The position numbers and the translations under genes were made by a program. Positions 17,315-28,200 of a stretch of 64,000 nucleotides of DNA are shown here, one piece after another. Positions within the stretch are counted from its first letter, which is position 1; every line of letters starts with the position of its first letter. The notes under the pieces were generated by a model that made no database searches, was not told the DNA's origin, and worked only from the letters and a program-made list of their open reading frames with translations. Location: NCBI GenBank assembly GCA_963719495.1, contig CAVRCI010000007.1, positions 96,001-160,000 of the forward strand, given 5' to 3'. The DNA comes from an uncultured Verrucomicrobiae bacterium. Its GTDB lineage: Bacteria > Verrucomicrobiota > Verrucomicrobiia > Chthoniobacterales > JAATET01.

Positions 17315-18463
17315 GTGCAGCGCACCGCCCTCCTCCTCGCTTTTCTCGTCGGCCTCGTCCCCACCTTCGCCGACACCGTGCTCACCAAGTCCGGTCAGCG
17401 CATCGACGGGAAAATCATCGACGAAACGCCGGAATTCGTGACCATCGAAGTCCCATTTTCCGAGACGATCATGGAGAAAAGGATCATCGCACGCGCCGAC
17501 ATTGCCGCGGTCGAGAAAGTGGCGTCCGAAGACATCGCCTTCAAACGCCTGCAGGCCACGCCCGACCCCGACACTGCCCTTTCCCCCGACGCCATCAACG
17601 CAATGCTCGACGGTCGGCTCCGCCCCTTCGTCGCGGAGCATCCAAATTTCGCCCAGCTACCGGAGCTGAAGAAGCGCATCGAGGCGCTCGAAGCCGAGGC
17701 CGAGCGCCTCGAGGCCGGCGAGGTCAAACTCTTCGGTTGGTGGATCCCGCCGGGCGAACAAACCGCGGAGAAAACCCAGATCGAAGCCACCCGACTCTTC
17801 GTCGCGATGCAAAAATCAGCCGACAACGACGCGTTCGGCGCCGTGTTGAACGAGTTCGCCATTCTCGACGCGAGGTATTCCGGCACCATCGCCTACGTCC
17901 GTGCGGTGCCCCTGGCCCGCGAGGCCGCCGAGAAACTCATCGGGCAGCTCGACTTCGCCATCTCGAACGTCGGCCTCACGCTCGCCGAGCGTCAGCAGAC
18001 TCTGGGTCGCGCCGGGATCGCCGATCGTGCGCAGGTCCAGGCGGCCCTCGATCGGCAGGATGCCTACGCGGTCACGCTCGCCGACCGGGCCCGGACCACC
18101 AAACAGGAGTTTTATCAGATCCTCGCCTACGACGAAAAGGGACTCCAAACGATGCGTGACGCCGCGACCAAAGTCCTGGCCAATCTTCGGAAAGTCGACC
18201 TCGCCCCGCTCGAGCGAGCCGTCCCGGACGTCGTGCGCACGAACGCCTTCATCGCCGACGGCAACCTTGCCGCCGCCCGGACGACCCTCGCCCGCGTCGA
18301 AGACAATTGGCCAAAATACGAAGGTCTCGGTCGGCTAAAACTGCGCATCACCGCCGAAGAGCGAACCATCGCGGACCGGAAAAAAGCCGCGGAAGCCGCC
18401 GCCGAGGCCGCCGCAAAAGCCGCCGCCACGTCACCCAAGCCCACTGCGAAACCCGCGCAGTAA
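17315..18463 (+). CDS. Secreted helical protein, PTPDL-family-like
   Basis: Signal peptide then DTVLTKSGQRIDGKII, ATPDPD and G-x-VKL-x-G-x-WI motifs typical of Verrucomicrobia proteins. Confidence 0.55.
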   Translation: MQRTALLLAFLVGLVPTFADTVLTKSGQRIDGKIIDETPEFVTIEVPFSETIMEKRIIARADIAAVEKVASEDIAFKRLQATPDPDTALSPDAINAMLDGRLRPFVAEHPNFAQLPELKKRIEALEAEAERLEAGEVKLFGWWIPPGEQTAEKTQIEATRLFVAMQKSADNDAFGAVLNEFAILDARYSGTIAYVRAVPLAREAAEKLIGQLDFAISNVGLTLAERQQTLGRAGIADRAQVQAALDRQDAYAVTLADRARTTKQEFYQILAYDEKGLQTMRDAATKVLANLRKVDLAPLERAVPDVVRTNAFIADGNLAAARTTLARVEDNWPKYEGLGRLKLRITAEERTIADRKKAAEAAAEAAAKAAATSPKPTAKPAQ

Positions 18464-18505
18464 CCCGACATTCCTGCCATCAGCCCCGAGCCACCAGCCC
18501 CGCGC

Positions 18506-19144
18506 GTGGGCATCGTCGACTACGGCAGCGGTAATCTCCGCAGCGCCTTCAAAGCCGCCCAGCGGTGCGGCGGCGATTGCTCGTTCGTCCGGAATCCGTC
18601 CGACGTCGCCGCCTGCGACGCCCTGATCGTTCCGGGTCAGGGTTCGTTCGGCGACTGCGCCCGCAACCTTCTCGCCTCCGGCCTCTGGACCCCGATTCAG
18701 GATTGGATCGCCGCCGACCGGCCCTTCCTCGGCATCTGCGTGGGTTATCAACTCCTCTTCGAGACCAGCGAAGAATCGCCCGACCAACCGGGTCTCGGCG
18801 TGTTCGAAGGCACCGTTCGCCGTTTCCCGCACAACCACCTCAAGGTGCCTCACATGGGCTGGAACCGCCTCACCTGCCAGCCATCCGACCGCCTCTACCA
18901 CGGCCTCCCCGATCCGGTCGAAGTCTACTTCGTCCACTCCTACTACCCCGACCCCGCCGACCCGGCCATCGTCTCCGCCACCTGTGAATACGGCCTCACC
19001 TTTGCCGCCAGCGTCTCGCGCGGCAACCTGAGCGCCACCCAGTTCCACCCGGAAAAAAGTCAGAGAACGGGCCTGGCGATCATGACAAATTTCATCACGT
19101 CAGTCTCGCGACTCGAAAATCGAGAGTCAAAAATCGAAAGTTAA
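18506..19144 (+). CDS. hisH: Imidazole glycerol phosphate synthase subunit HisH
   Basis: DYGSGNL, LGICVG, VPHMGWN, YFVHSY, QFHPEKS; start codon uncertain. Confidence 0.95.
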   Translation: MGIVDYGSGNLRSAFKAAQRCGGDCSFVRNPSDVAACDALIVPGQGSFGDCARNLLASGLWTPIQDWIAADRPFLGICVGYQLLFETSEESPDQPGLGVFEGTVRRFPHNHLKVPHMGWNRLTCQPSDRLYHGLPDPVEVYFVHSYYPDPADPAIVSATCEYGLTFAASVSRGNLSATQFHPEKSQRTGLAIMTNFITSVSRLENRESKIES

Positions 19145-19145
19145 G

Positions 19146-19865
19146 ATGCTCCTCCTGCCCGCCATCGACCTCATGAACGGCGAGGTCGTCCGTCTCCGCC
19201 GCGGCGAGAAGACGGAGAAGACCGTCTACTCCTCCGACCCAGCCGCCTTTGCCGCCAAGTGGGAAGCCGAGGGCGGTGACTGGATCCACGTGGTCGACCT
19301 CGACGCGGCTTTCTCCGGCGAGACGACGAACCTCGATTCCGTCCGCGCGATTTGCTCCGCCGTCGGCGTCCCCTGCGAACTCGGCGGCGGCATTCGATCC
19401 CACGACGCCATCGAAGCCGCCTTCCAAGCCGGCGTGGCCCGCGTCGTCCTCGGCACCCGCGCCAGCGAGTCGATCGACTTCGTCGCGGAAGCGTGCCGGC
19501 GTTTCGGCGGCGACCGCATCGCCGTCGGCATCGACGCCCGCGATGGCCTCGTCGCGGTCAGGGGATGGACCGAGACGACCAACCAGCCCGCCAGCGAACT
19601 TGCCCACGCCGCCCAATCAGCCGGAGTCGGCACGATCATCTACACCGACATCGCGACCGACGGGATGCTGACTGGCCCGAATTTCCCCGAGCTCGACCGG
19701 CTCGTGGCCGGACTCGACTGCCAGGTCGTCGCGAGTGGCGGCGTATCCTCGGCGGACGATCTTCGTCGCCTCGCGAAGAACCCGAAACTCTACGGAGCGA
19801 TCATCGGCAAAGCCCTCTACGACGGCCACATCACCGGAAATCTTCGGGAAATCATCGGAAACTGA
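19146..19865 (+). CDS. hisA: ProFAR isomerase HisA
   Basis: PAIDL, HVVDLDAA, GGGIR, YTDIATDGML, ASGGV, IIGKALY. Confidence 0.96.
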   Translation: MLLLPAIDLMNGEVVRLRRGEKTEKTVYSSDPAAFAAKWEAEGGDWIHVVDLDAAFSGETTNLDSVRAICSAVGVPCELGGGIRSHDAIEAAFQAGVARVVLGTRASESIDFVAEACRRFGGDRIAVGIDARDGLVAVRGWTETTNQPASELAHAAQSAGVGTIIYTDIATDGMLTGPNFPELDRLVAGLDCQVVASGGVSSADDLRRLAKNPKLYGAIIGKALYDGHITGNLREIIGN

Positions 19866-19909
19866 CGGAGCCCGGCCAACGGTCAGCCGCAAAGCGGCCT
19901 CCACCCCCC

Positions 19910-20033
19910 CGTCATGTTGAGCGAAGCGAAACATCTCCGGCTGACACTTCCTGAACTACCTGAGTGAAGGACCGCGACCGTTCCTCGGAATACGGTGAGA
20001 AATCAGAGATTCTTCACTCCGTTCAGAATGACA
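19910..20033. repeat. Inverted pair of (C/T)GTC-type REP-like units between convergent hisA and xylA
   Basis: cgtcatgttgagcgaagcgaaacatctc (19910-19937) and, on the opposite strand, tgtcattctgaacggagtgaagaatctc (20033-20006). Confidence 0.75.
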
Positions 20034-20097
20034 GCATTGGACGACTCGTCCGCTTCGCGGGCAATCCGACCGCCGCTCGCGAAGCAGAACCAGTCGA

Positions 20098-21411
20098 TCA
20101 GATCAGCTCGTTCACGATATTCTCGAGCCGCTCCTGCCGTCCGCTCGTGTGTTGGACCGGATCGGGATGGTTGAGCGCGTGCGCCTCCAGCTCCGCGAAA
20201 CCGGCCTTGCCCGCTTCGACGTCCGCTCCGATGCCGCTGTCCCAGGACGAATAGCGATTCTTCACGATCTCGGCGATGCGACCGTCGGCCCGGATCGCGG
20301 CGGCGATCTTGAGTCCGCGGGCGAAGGCGTCCATGCCGCCGATGTGGGCGTGAAAGAGATCCTCCACTTCGAAGCTCTCGCGGCGCGGCTTGGCGTCGAA
20401 GTTCATTCCTCCGGTCGTCAGCCCGCCCATCGCCAGCACTTCCAGCATGATCTCGGTCGTGAGGTAGAGGTTGGTCGGGAATTGATCCGTGTCCCAGCCA
20501 ATGAGTTCGTCGCCGGTATTCGCGTCGACCGATCCGAGCGCTCCCGCGTCCGCGGCGACCCGCATCTCGTGGCGCATGGTGTGGCCGGCAAGCGTCGCGT
20601 GGTTCGTCTCGAGATTCAGCTTGAAGTGCTCGAGCAGATCGAATTCGCGGAGAAAATTCAGGCACGCCGCGGAGTCGGAATCATACTGGTGGGTGGAGGG
20701 TTCGCGGGGCTTGGGTTCAATGTAGAATTGGCCGGTGAAGCCGATGGATTTCTTGTAATCCACGGCCAGATGCAGGAACCGGGCGAGGTGCTCGAGTTCG
20801 CGCTTCATGTCGGTGTTCCACAGGGTCGAATACCCCTCGCGCCCACCCCAGAAGGTGTAACCTTCGCCGCCCAATTCGTGGGTGACCTCGATCGCTTTTT
20901 TCACCTGCGCGCCCGCGTAAGCGAAGACGTCGGCGTTCGGGCTGGTCGCGCCGCCGTGGCAGAAGCGAGGGTTCGCGAAGAGGCAGGCCGTCCCCCAGAG
21001 GAGCTTGATGCCGGTGCGCTCCTGCTCCTCCTTGAGGACCTTGACGACGGCGTCCAGGTTGCGGTTCGACTCGGCCAGGGTCGCGCCTTCCGGAGCGACG
21101 TCGCGGTCGTGGAACGCGTAGTAGGGTACGCCGAGCTTCTCGATGAACTCGAACGCGACGCGCGCGCGGTTGCAGGCGTTCTCGACGGAGTCGGTGCCGT
21201 CGTCCCACGGGCGGACGGCCGTCCCGGCGCCGAAGGGATCGCTGAGCGTGTTGCGGAAGGTGTGCCAATACGCGACCGAAAAACGGAGGTGATCCGTCAT
21301 GGATTTGCCCTCGACCAGCTCGGTGGCGTCGTAGTGTTTGAAGGCGAATGGATTGCGGGAGTCGGCGCCTTCGAAGGCGATCTTGCTGATGTCGGGGAAT
21401 GCTGGGTTCAC
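20098..21411 (-). CDS. xylA: Xylose isomerase (class II)
   Basis: [49 protein letters not shown]. Confidence 0.97.
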   Translation of the reverse strand: MNPAFPDISKIAFEGADSRNPFAFKHYDATELVEGKSMTDHLRFSVAYWHTFRNTLSDPFGAGTAVRPWDDGTDSVENACNRARVAFEFIEKLGVPYYAFHDRDVAPEGATLAESNRNLDAVVKVLKEEQERTGIKLLWGTACLFANPRFCHGGATSPNADVFAYAGAQVKKAIEVTHELGGEGYTFWGGREGYSTLWNTDMKRELEHLARFLHLAVDYKKSIGFTGQFYIEPKPREPSTHQYDSDSAACLNFLREFDLLEHFKLNLETNHATLAGHTMRHEMRVAADAGALGSVDANTGDELIGWDTDQFPTNLYLTTEIMLEVLAMGGLTTGGMNFDAKPRRESFEVEDLFHAHIGGMDAFARGLKIAAAIRADGRIAEIVKNRYSSWDSGIGADVEAGKAGFAELEAHALNHPDPVQHTSGRQERLENIVNELI

Positions 21412-21432
21412 GGTGTGGGAGAGGTTGGATTT

Positions 21433-22161
21433 TTACAGATCGAGCGCGTCGGTGACGCGGTCGAGCACGGTTTTAGCGGCCTTCACCCGGGCGTGCCATT
21501 TGAAATTTCCCGCGATTACCTTCCACGGGGCGCAGCCGGTCGAAGTCTTCTCGAACATGTCCTGCGCGGCCTCGACGTGGACGTCCCACTTCTTGCGGTT
21601 GCGCCAATCCTCGTCGCTGATCTTCCAGTGCTTGTAGGGATCGCCTTCTCTGGCTTTGAAGCGCTCGAGCTGCTCGTCCTTGTCGATGTGAATGAAGAGC
21701 TTCACGAGGATCGCGCCGTCGTCGGTGATCTGGCGTTCGAATTCGTTGATCTCGCGGTAGGCGCGCTTCCACTCATCGTCGGTGGCAAAACCCTCGGCCC
21801 GCTCGACGAGCACGCGTCCGTACCACGACCGGTCGAAGATCGCCGTGTCGCCGTAGGTCGGCAATTTGCTCCAAAAGCGCCACAGATAGTGGTGCTGATA
21901 CTCTTCGGTCGTCGGCTTCACGATCGACCAGACGCGGACGGACCGCGGATCGAGTTTTTCGGTGATCCGGCGGATCGCTCCGCCCTTGCCCGCGGCGTCG
22001 GGACCCTCGACGACGACAATCAGCGAGCGCTTCCGCTCCTGCAGTTCGCCCTGGAGGTTGAGTAGCTTGAGCTGATGCTTCTTGAGCTGGTCCTTGTATT
22101 CGCGGGACTCGAGTGAACGGGTTTGATCGAGGTCTTCGAGGAGAATTTGCTTTTTGGCCAT
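21433..22161 (-). CDS. ppk2: Polyphosphate kinase 2 family protein
   Basis: EGPDAAGKGG Walker A, FDRSWYGRVLVER, WKISDEDWRNR. Confidence 0.9.
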   Translation of the reverse strand: MAKKQILLEDLDQTRSLESREYKDQLKKHQLKLLNLQGELQERKRSLIVVVEGPDAAGKGGAIRRITEKLDPRSVRVWSIVKPTTEEYQHHYLWRFWSKLPTYGDTAIFDRSWYGRVLVERAEGFATDDEWKRAYREINEFERQITDDGAILVKLFIHIDKDEQLERFKAREGDPYKHWKISDEDWRNRKKWDVHVEAAQDMFEKTSTGCAPWKVIAGNFKWHARVKAAKTVLDRVTDALDL

Positions 22162-22216
22162 GGGAGGCCACTGGGTTGCCCGAAAAATCCCGCCGACGCA
22201 AGCCCCGTGGGGGCGC

Positions 22217-23464
22217 TTAAAGCACGAGCCAGGTCGCGAGGCCCAAAAACGTCCCCATGCTCACCACGTCGGTCGCCGTCGTCAGAAAAATACTCGACGC
22301 CGTCGCCGGATCGGCCCCGACGCGCCGCAGCACGAGCGGCACCAGCACACCCGCGATCCCACTGATCACACAAGACCCGATCATCGCCAGAAACACCACG
22401 AACCCGAGCATCACCGCACTGTGCTCCTGACCGTCGCCCGATCCGAACCATGCAAAGAAAAACATCCCGACGCCGGCCGTCACGCCAACGAGCGCGCCAT
22501 TGAGCAGACCCAGCAGCGCCTCCTTCCAGACGGCGGCGCCGCCTTTCCCTTCGACCAACTCACCGAGCGTCATCCCCCGCAGGGTCACGGCCAGAGCCTG
22601 GCAGCCCGTGTTTCCCGACTGCCCCGCCAGCACCGGCAGAAACACCGCCAACACCGTGATCTGCTGAATGGTCCCCTCGAACACACTCACGATCCCCGCC
22701 GCCGCGAACGCGGTCAGCAGATTCAGCTGCAACCAGGGATGCCGGAAGAGCAGACTCCGCGCCCACGGAGTCGCCAGGCGCTCCTCCTTCGTCACACCCA
22801 CCATGCTACCCGCCTGAGCGCTCAGTTCGACGGCCTGCTGCTCGAACATCTGTTGACCGCGCACGAGCCCCATGAGCGTCCCCTCGTCGTCGCACACGGG
22901 ATAGACCGGATAGTGCCGGTCGAGCGTCTGCTTCATCGCGTCGATCAGCGGCGTCGTCACGTCGAGCGCGAAGACGCCCTTCAGCATGATGTCGTCGAGG
23001 CGCTGATCCCGTTCGGAAAAAAGCAGATCCCGCATCGTGGTCACCCCGACCAATTTCCGGTCGCCGTCGACCACGAAGACGTAGGTGACGAACGCCTTCT
23101 TCACGACCTCGCGAAGCTTCTCGATCACCTCGCCGACGGTATTTCCGGGAGCGAAAACAGCCACCGGCGGCTCCATGAGGCGGCCGATCGAATTCTCCGG
23201 ATACTGCTTGTCAGCCTCCCAGTGGCTCACCCGCTCGGGCGGGGCCGCGGCGAGAATGCGTTCGCGATCCGCGTCCCCCAGCTCCTTCAGAATCTTGCGC
23301 GCCTGCGAGGGAAGCAATTCGACGAGCGTCGCCGCCGCCGCTTCCGACTCCTGATCGGCCAACAATTCCGCCGCTTCCCGAGGTCCCATTGCTTTGCACC
23401 GGGCGAAAAGGTCCCCCACCGCCAAACTTGGATCCTTGTCCGATTGCTCCCCCATCGCTGTCAT
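22217..23464 (-). CDS. mgtE: MgtE family magnesium transporter (CBS pair plus TM domain)
   Basis: YPENSIGRLM, CBS pair, RHPWL, GQSGNTGCQ, DPATASSIFLTTATDV; start could be 23455, 23464 or 23479. Confidence 0.9.
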   Translation of the reverse strand: MTAMGEQSDKDPSLAVGDLFARCKAMGPREAAELLADQESEAAAATLVELLPSQARKILKELGDADRERILAAAPPERVSHWEADKQYPENSIGRLMEPPVAVFAPGNTVGEVIEKLREVVKKAFVTYVFVVDGDRKLVGVTTMRDLLFSERDQRLDDIMLKGVFALDVTTPLIDAMKQTLDRHYPVYPVCDDEGTLMGLVRGQQMFEQQAVELSAQAGSMVGVTKEERLATPWARSLLFRHPWLQLNLLTAFAAAGIVSVFEGTIQQITVLAVFLPVLAGQSGNTGCQALAVTLRGMTLGELVEGKGGAAVWKEALLGLLNGALVGVTAGVGMFFFAWFGSGDGQEHSAVMLGFVVFLAMIGSCVISGIAGVLVPLVLRRVGADPATASSIFLTTATDVVSMGTFLGLATWLVL

Positions 23465-23607
23465 TTTGTCCCCGATCATCGCGCGAAAGGGAAGCCACTT
23501 TCTGCGAAGTTGAATTCGGAGCATCGCGCCAGCACGTGTCGAGCCGCAAGCAAAGCCCACGCCCAGATGGCCACCACCACCCACGCGGCGAAGCGCCCCA
23601 TCTCCCG

Positions 23608-23653
23608 CCATTACCTGTAAAATGTGACGGCCGTCACATTTTACAGGTAATGG
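23608..23653. promoter_or_regulatory. Perfect 46-bp palindrome containing AAATGTGA-N6-TCACATTT
   Basis: ccattacctgtaaaatgtgacgg|ccgtcacattttacaggtaatgg; the palindrome is certain, a regulatory role is inferred. Confidence 0.6.
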
Positions 23654-23780
23654 ATTGGCGGCGAAATGCTCGCGGGGGGCCGCGGCTTGCCGCTCGCAAA
23701 TCGGAGCGTACCCTTCAGAAGTCCGCCGATCCAAGGCTACCCGGCCGGAGGGCGGCGACCGAGCGGATGAATCCGCTCCC

Positions 23781-23810
23781 GATAAAACGTAACGGCCGTT
23801 ACGTTTTATC
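23781..23810. promoter_or_regulatory. Perfect 30-bp palindrome related to the 46-bp one
   Basis: gataaaacgtaacgg|ccgttacgttttatc; role inferred. Confidence 0.55.
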
Positions 23811-24082
23811 CGTCGACTCCGCCGGGGCTTGGGAGGGGGGGGATTGGGCTGGAAGGCGCTTGAATGAAGCGGGTGACCCGATGCCACCAGCCTTCGGATC
23901 ACGGCGGTCTCTTACGGATTGGTCGCTGGCTTCCTGACGTCCCCCGGTCGGACGTGGTTGGCGATCACGAGACTCTCCTTCCGATCACGACGCGCTCTCG
24001 ATCACTCCCCACGCCCATACGGATGGAATCCGGATGGAATCCCCGCTTGCGCCCAGCCGAAAGCGGGGCTATCCGCTTACTC

Positions 24083-25216
24083 GTGTTGACCGGTTGGCGA
24101 AAAGCGGCAGTTTTCGGTGCCAGCCTGATCGGGCTCGGCGCGAGCGAAGCCCGGGCGCAGCTGGAATATTTCGGCGTCAATCTCTCCGGCGCGGAGTTCG
24201 GCGACGGGAATCTGCCGGGCTCGGTGCCGACCGACTACTCCTACCCGGGATCGAGCGACATCATCGACTTCGTCAGCAAGGGGTTCAACACCGTCCGCCT
24301 CCCCTTTCGCTGGGAGCGCATCCAGACGTCGACCGGTCTCGCTCTCGACTCCACCGAACTCGGTCGGCTCGATAATTTCGTCAATTTCGCGACGGCGGTG
24401 GGAGCGAACGTCATTCTGGACGTCCACAATTTTGGCACCTACTATGGCGACGTCATCGGCCAGCTGGGATCACCCGTGACGGACGCGCACTTTTCCGATC
24501 TCTGGACGCGCCTCGCCGACCATTACAAGGCCAACGACAAAGTGATCTTCGGCCTGATGAACGAGCCGAAGGGCGTGAATTTCGGCGGGGCGAGGACCGA
24601 GGAATGGCTGACTTCCGCAAACTCCGCCATCGCCGCGATTCGCGGCACCGGCGCGGAAAACCTCGTTCTCGTCCCCGGGAATGGCTTCACCGGCGCGTGG
24701 AGCTGGACGAATCCGCCGGGCGATTTCTACGGCACTCCGAACGCCCAGGTGATGGGCGGCGTCGTCGACAGCTTCAACAACTTCGCCTACGAGGTGCACC
24801 AATACCTCGACGCGGATTCGTCGGGCAGCACGGATGGCATCGTCAGCGAAACCATCGGCGCCGAGCGGCTCGTGGATTTCACCAACTGGGCGCGAGCCAA
24901 CAACGCCCGCGGATTCCTCGGAGAATTTGGCGTCTCGTCCGGGGCACCGCAGCTCGCCGCGCTGGACAATATGCTGGATTACGTCGACGCGAATCAGGAC
25001 GTCTGGCAGGGGTGGACCTACTGGTCGGCCGGTAAGTGGCCGGCCGAATATTCGTTCTCGGTCGCCGACAACGCGGCGAGCGGCCGCCCGCAGCTCGCCA
25101 TCCTTGAGGACCATCTCAACCCCATCCCCGAGCCGCGAATTTGGTGCCTGCTCGCACTGGCGGCACTCATCGGTTGGTGGAGACTCGGCGGCGAGCGTTC
25201 CAAGCGAGCAGGCTGA
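24083..25216 (+). CDS. GH5 endoglucanase with PEP-CTERM sorting signal
   Basis: GVNLSGAEFG, RLPFRWERIQ, LMNEP (acid/base), YEVHQYLD, LGEFG (nucleophile); C-terminal IPEP + TM + basic tail; start approximate. Confidence 0.88.
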   Translation: MLTGWRKAAVFGASLIGLGASEARAQLEYFGVNLSGAEFGDGNLPGSVPTDYSYPGSSDIIDFVSKGFNTVRLPFRWERIQTSTGLALDSTELGRLDNFVNFATAVGANVILDVHNFGTYYGDVIGQLGSPVTDAHFSDLWTRLADHYKANDKVIFGLMNEPKGVNFGGARTEEWLTSANSAIAAIRGTGAENLVLVPGNGFTGAWSWTNPPGDFYGTPNAQVMGGVVDSFNNFAYEVHQYLDADSSGSTDGIVSETIGAERLVDFTNWARANNARGFLGEFGVSSGAPQLAALDNMLDYVDANQDVWQGWTYWSAGKWPAEYSFSVADNAASGRPQLAILEDHLNPIPEPRIWCLLALAALIGWWRLGGERSKRAG

Positions 25217-28200
25217 GCGCGATCACGACCAGCGCGATGGTCGACGGCTCCGGCACGACCGTCGCGCGGAACGCCAGCTCGATCTGGGCCAGATTCGACG
25301 TTCCCGATCCGTTCGCGCTCGTCGGATCGTAGAAAAGCGACTCCGCGTAGACGCCGTTGCCGAGCGGGCCGGGGTCGATCTCCACGTTGTAGCCCGTCCG
25401 CTCACCGCCGCTCGCCAGTCCCGCAAAGGCGGCGAATCCCGTCGCGTCGAACGCCGTGAGTCCCGAGAGGTCGAAGGTGCCGCCAAGCGCGTCCTGAAAA
25501 ACGGGATCCCTCAGGAAATTCTCCAGCGCCAGATTGATCGAGCGCAAGCTGTCCGCCACGTCGAGCGTCCCGAAATCGATCGTGTAGCGCGTCGCGGAAT
25601 CCATCGTGAAAACGGCGTCCCCGGACGCTTTCGCAAGCACGGGCTCGGCGAAGAAGTTCACCGCCCCGGTGATCGCCAGATCGATTGCCGCCACGTTGTC
25701 GAAATTTGTCGCGACGTGAATCGACTGCCCCGTCAGCGCTCCCGCGGTCGCCGCGGTCAGGGTCACGTCCCGAGCCGCCGTTGCCCCACCCGCTGCGACC
25801 GGGCCGAAGTTTCCCGCCGTCACTCCGCTCCCGCTCAGCCGGGAGTCCGTGAGGTTGCCGCCGTTCACGTTCGTCTGCAGAGCGCCGCGGATCGCCGGGC
25901 CACTCGTACCGGTGTTCGCCAACGCGTAGGACTTCGAGACCGTGTCGCCAACGTGGACCGTCCCGAAGGCGATCGTGCCGCCCGCCGCGTCGACCGTGGC
26001 CACGAGCGCCGCGTCGCCGCCCGCGAGGATCTGTCCGGTGCCGGTGACGTTCGAACGGCGGTCGAAGGCGTTGCCGCTGCCGAAATTCGCGTTCGTGTAA
26101 TCGGCCGAGACGACGACGTCGTTCGCGCCGAGCGCAAGATTCGCGCCCTTGTGCTGGAGCTGGCCAATCTCGCTGGTGTGAACGTTCTCCGAGAGATCGA
26201 GGACGGCGTTCGCGTTGATGTCGACCGTCCCGTTACCCGTGATCCCCGCCGTCGCCGCCAGCGTCCCGGCACCGACGATCACCGTCCCCGTGTTCTCCAG
26301 CACCACGTTCGTCTGGTAGGTCCCCGCGCCCGTCTTGTTGAGGAAGCCCTGATTGATGAAGCGGTTGCCGGGATCCGCTTTCCCGAAACCGACCGCGGCG
26401 ATGCCCGTCGTCACGTCCGCGGTGAAGAACGCCCCCGTCGCGTTGCGAAAGGTCGCGGGCCCGGCCGAGTCCGAGTTAAGAACGAGGCTGCTGAGGCCGG
26501 CCCCGGTCCGCCGCTGGGTGAAGCTCCCGGTATTCACGACCTGCGCGCCGCCCCGGACGTCGATAAATTGATCCGTCGCCCCCGCCGCGATGACCGTCGT
26601 GCCGCTGAACGTTTTGACCCCGCTCCCGCCGAAAACGTAGCTACTCCCGTCGAACGAAGTCGTCCCTGCGAAAGTCGTGGCTCCCGAGCCCGCGACCGTG
26701 CCGCCGTTGGTGAAAGTCGTTCCGGAAAACGCCTTCGCGACGTTCGACTCGAGCGTCCCCCCGGAGATCCGCAACGCCGTCGCGCCGATCGCGCTGCCCG
26801 CGTCGAACGTCGTCGTCCCCCCGTGCAGCTCGAGCACTCCCGACGCGAACGAACTCCCCGCCGCGAAGCTGGTCGTCCCGCCCCGCACGACCACCGACCC
26901 GGCCCCGGTGAACCCGACCGTCGACGCGAACGAATTCGTCCCGGCCAGCCCCAGCGTCGCCCCGCCCGCGACCGCGAAGTCCCCGAAGACCACCGTGTTC
27001 CCGCTCCCGGCGTTGAGATTGAGAATTCCCTGCTGCACGTTCACGTCCCCCCCGTTTCGGAAAATCACGTTCGCGTTGTAGTCCCCGCTCCCGGTCTTGA
27101 TGAACTGGCCATTGTTATCGAACGTGATGTCACCGACGGCATCGCCGAAGCCAACACCCGCCGACCCCACCCGCACGTCCGCGGTGAACGTGCCCGCATT
27201 CGTGAAGCGCGACGAACCGCCCGCCCTGTCGGCGTTGAGAACGATCTGGCTGTCGCCCGCCGCGAGCCGCCGTTGGGTGAACGTCCCGTTGCTCTGAACC
27301 TTGGTCCCGCCATCAACGTTGAAAAATTGATCCGTCGCGCCCGCCTCGATCGTCGCGGAACCCGTGAACACTTTTGCCCCAGACCCACCCAGCGTCGGAC
27401 TACTCCCATCGAACGTCGTCGTCCCCGCGAAGGTCGCCGCCCCACTCCCGGTGACGGATCCGCCGTTCGAAAATGCCGCGCCCTGAAACGTGTGCGCGAT
27501 GTCGAGTTGCAGCGTCCCGCCCGCCACCTGCACGGTGCCGGACCTCAGCGTGCTCCCGGCGGCCATCGTGGTCGTGCCGCTCAGCAGGCGCAGCGTCTGC
27601 GGGTCGAGCGCACTCCCGGAGCTGAAGGTCGTGTCGCCGCTTCTCACCAGCAACGTGCCCGCCCCCGCGACCGAGGAGCCGCTTCCGAACGTGAACGTCC
27701 CGCTCAGCCCGAGCGTCGCCCCGTTGCTGACGGCATAAACGCCGTTCGTCGCCCCGCCGTCGCCCGCGTTGAGATTCAGGGGCCCCTGCTGCACCGAGAC
27801 GTCGGCATTGTTTCGAAACGCCACGTTCGCCGCGTAGGTTCCGGTGCCGGACTTGTTGAACGTCCCGTTGTTGACGAAGACGTTCCCCGCCGTCTCCTCC
27901 GCGAAACCAACGCTCGCATCGCCGTTCAGGACGTTCGCCGTGAAGTTCGCGCCCGGGCCATTCACAAATTGCGAAACCCCACCGGCCTCGTCAGCATTCA
28001 GCACGATCGAACTTGCCCCAAGGCCCGTCTTCGTCTGCGTGAACGTCCCGCCGTTCGTCACGGTCGTTCCGCCGTTGACGTTGAAAAATTGATCCGTCGC
28101 TCCGGCGGAAATCGCCGTGTTGCCGTTGAACGTCTTCCCGCCCGTCCCGCCAAAGGTGTAGCTCGCGCCGTCGAACACGGTCGTGCCCACGAACTCGAGC

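Noticed and set aside
23480..23607. Mg-sensing (M-box) riboswitch upstream of mgtE
   Set aside because: No conserved core recognised
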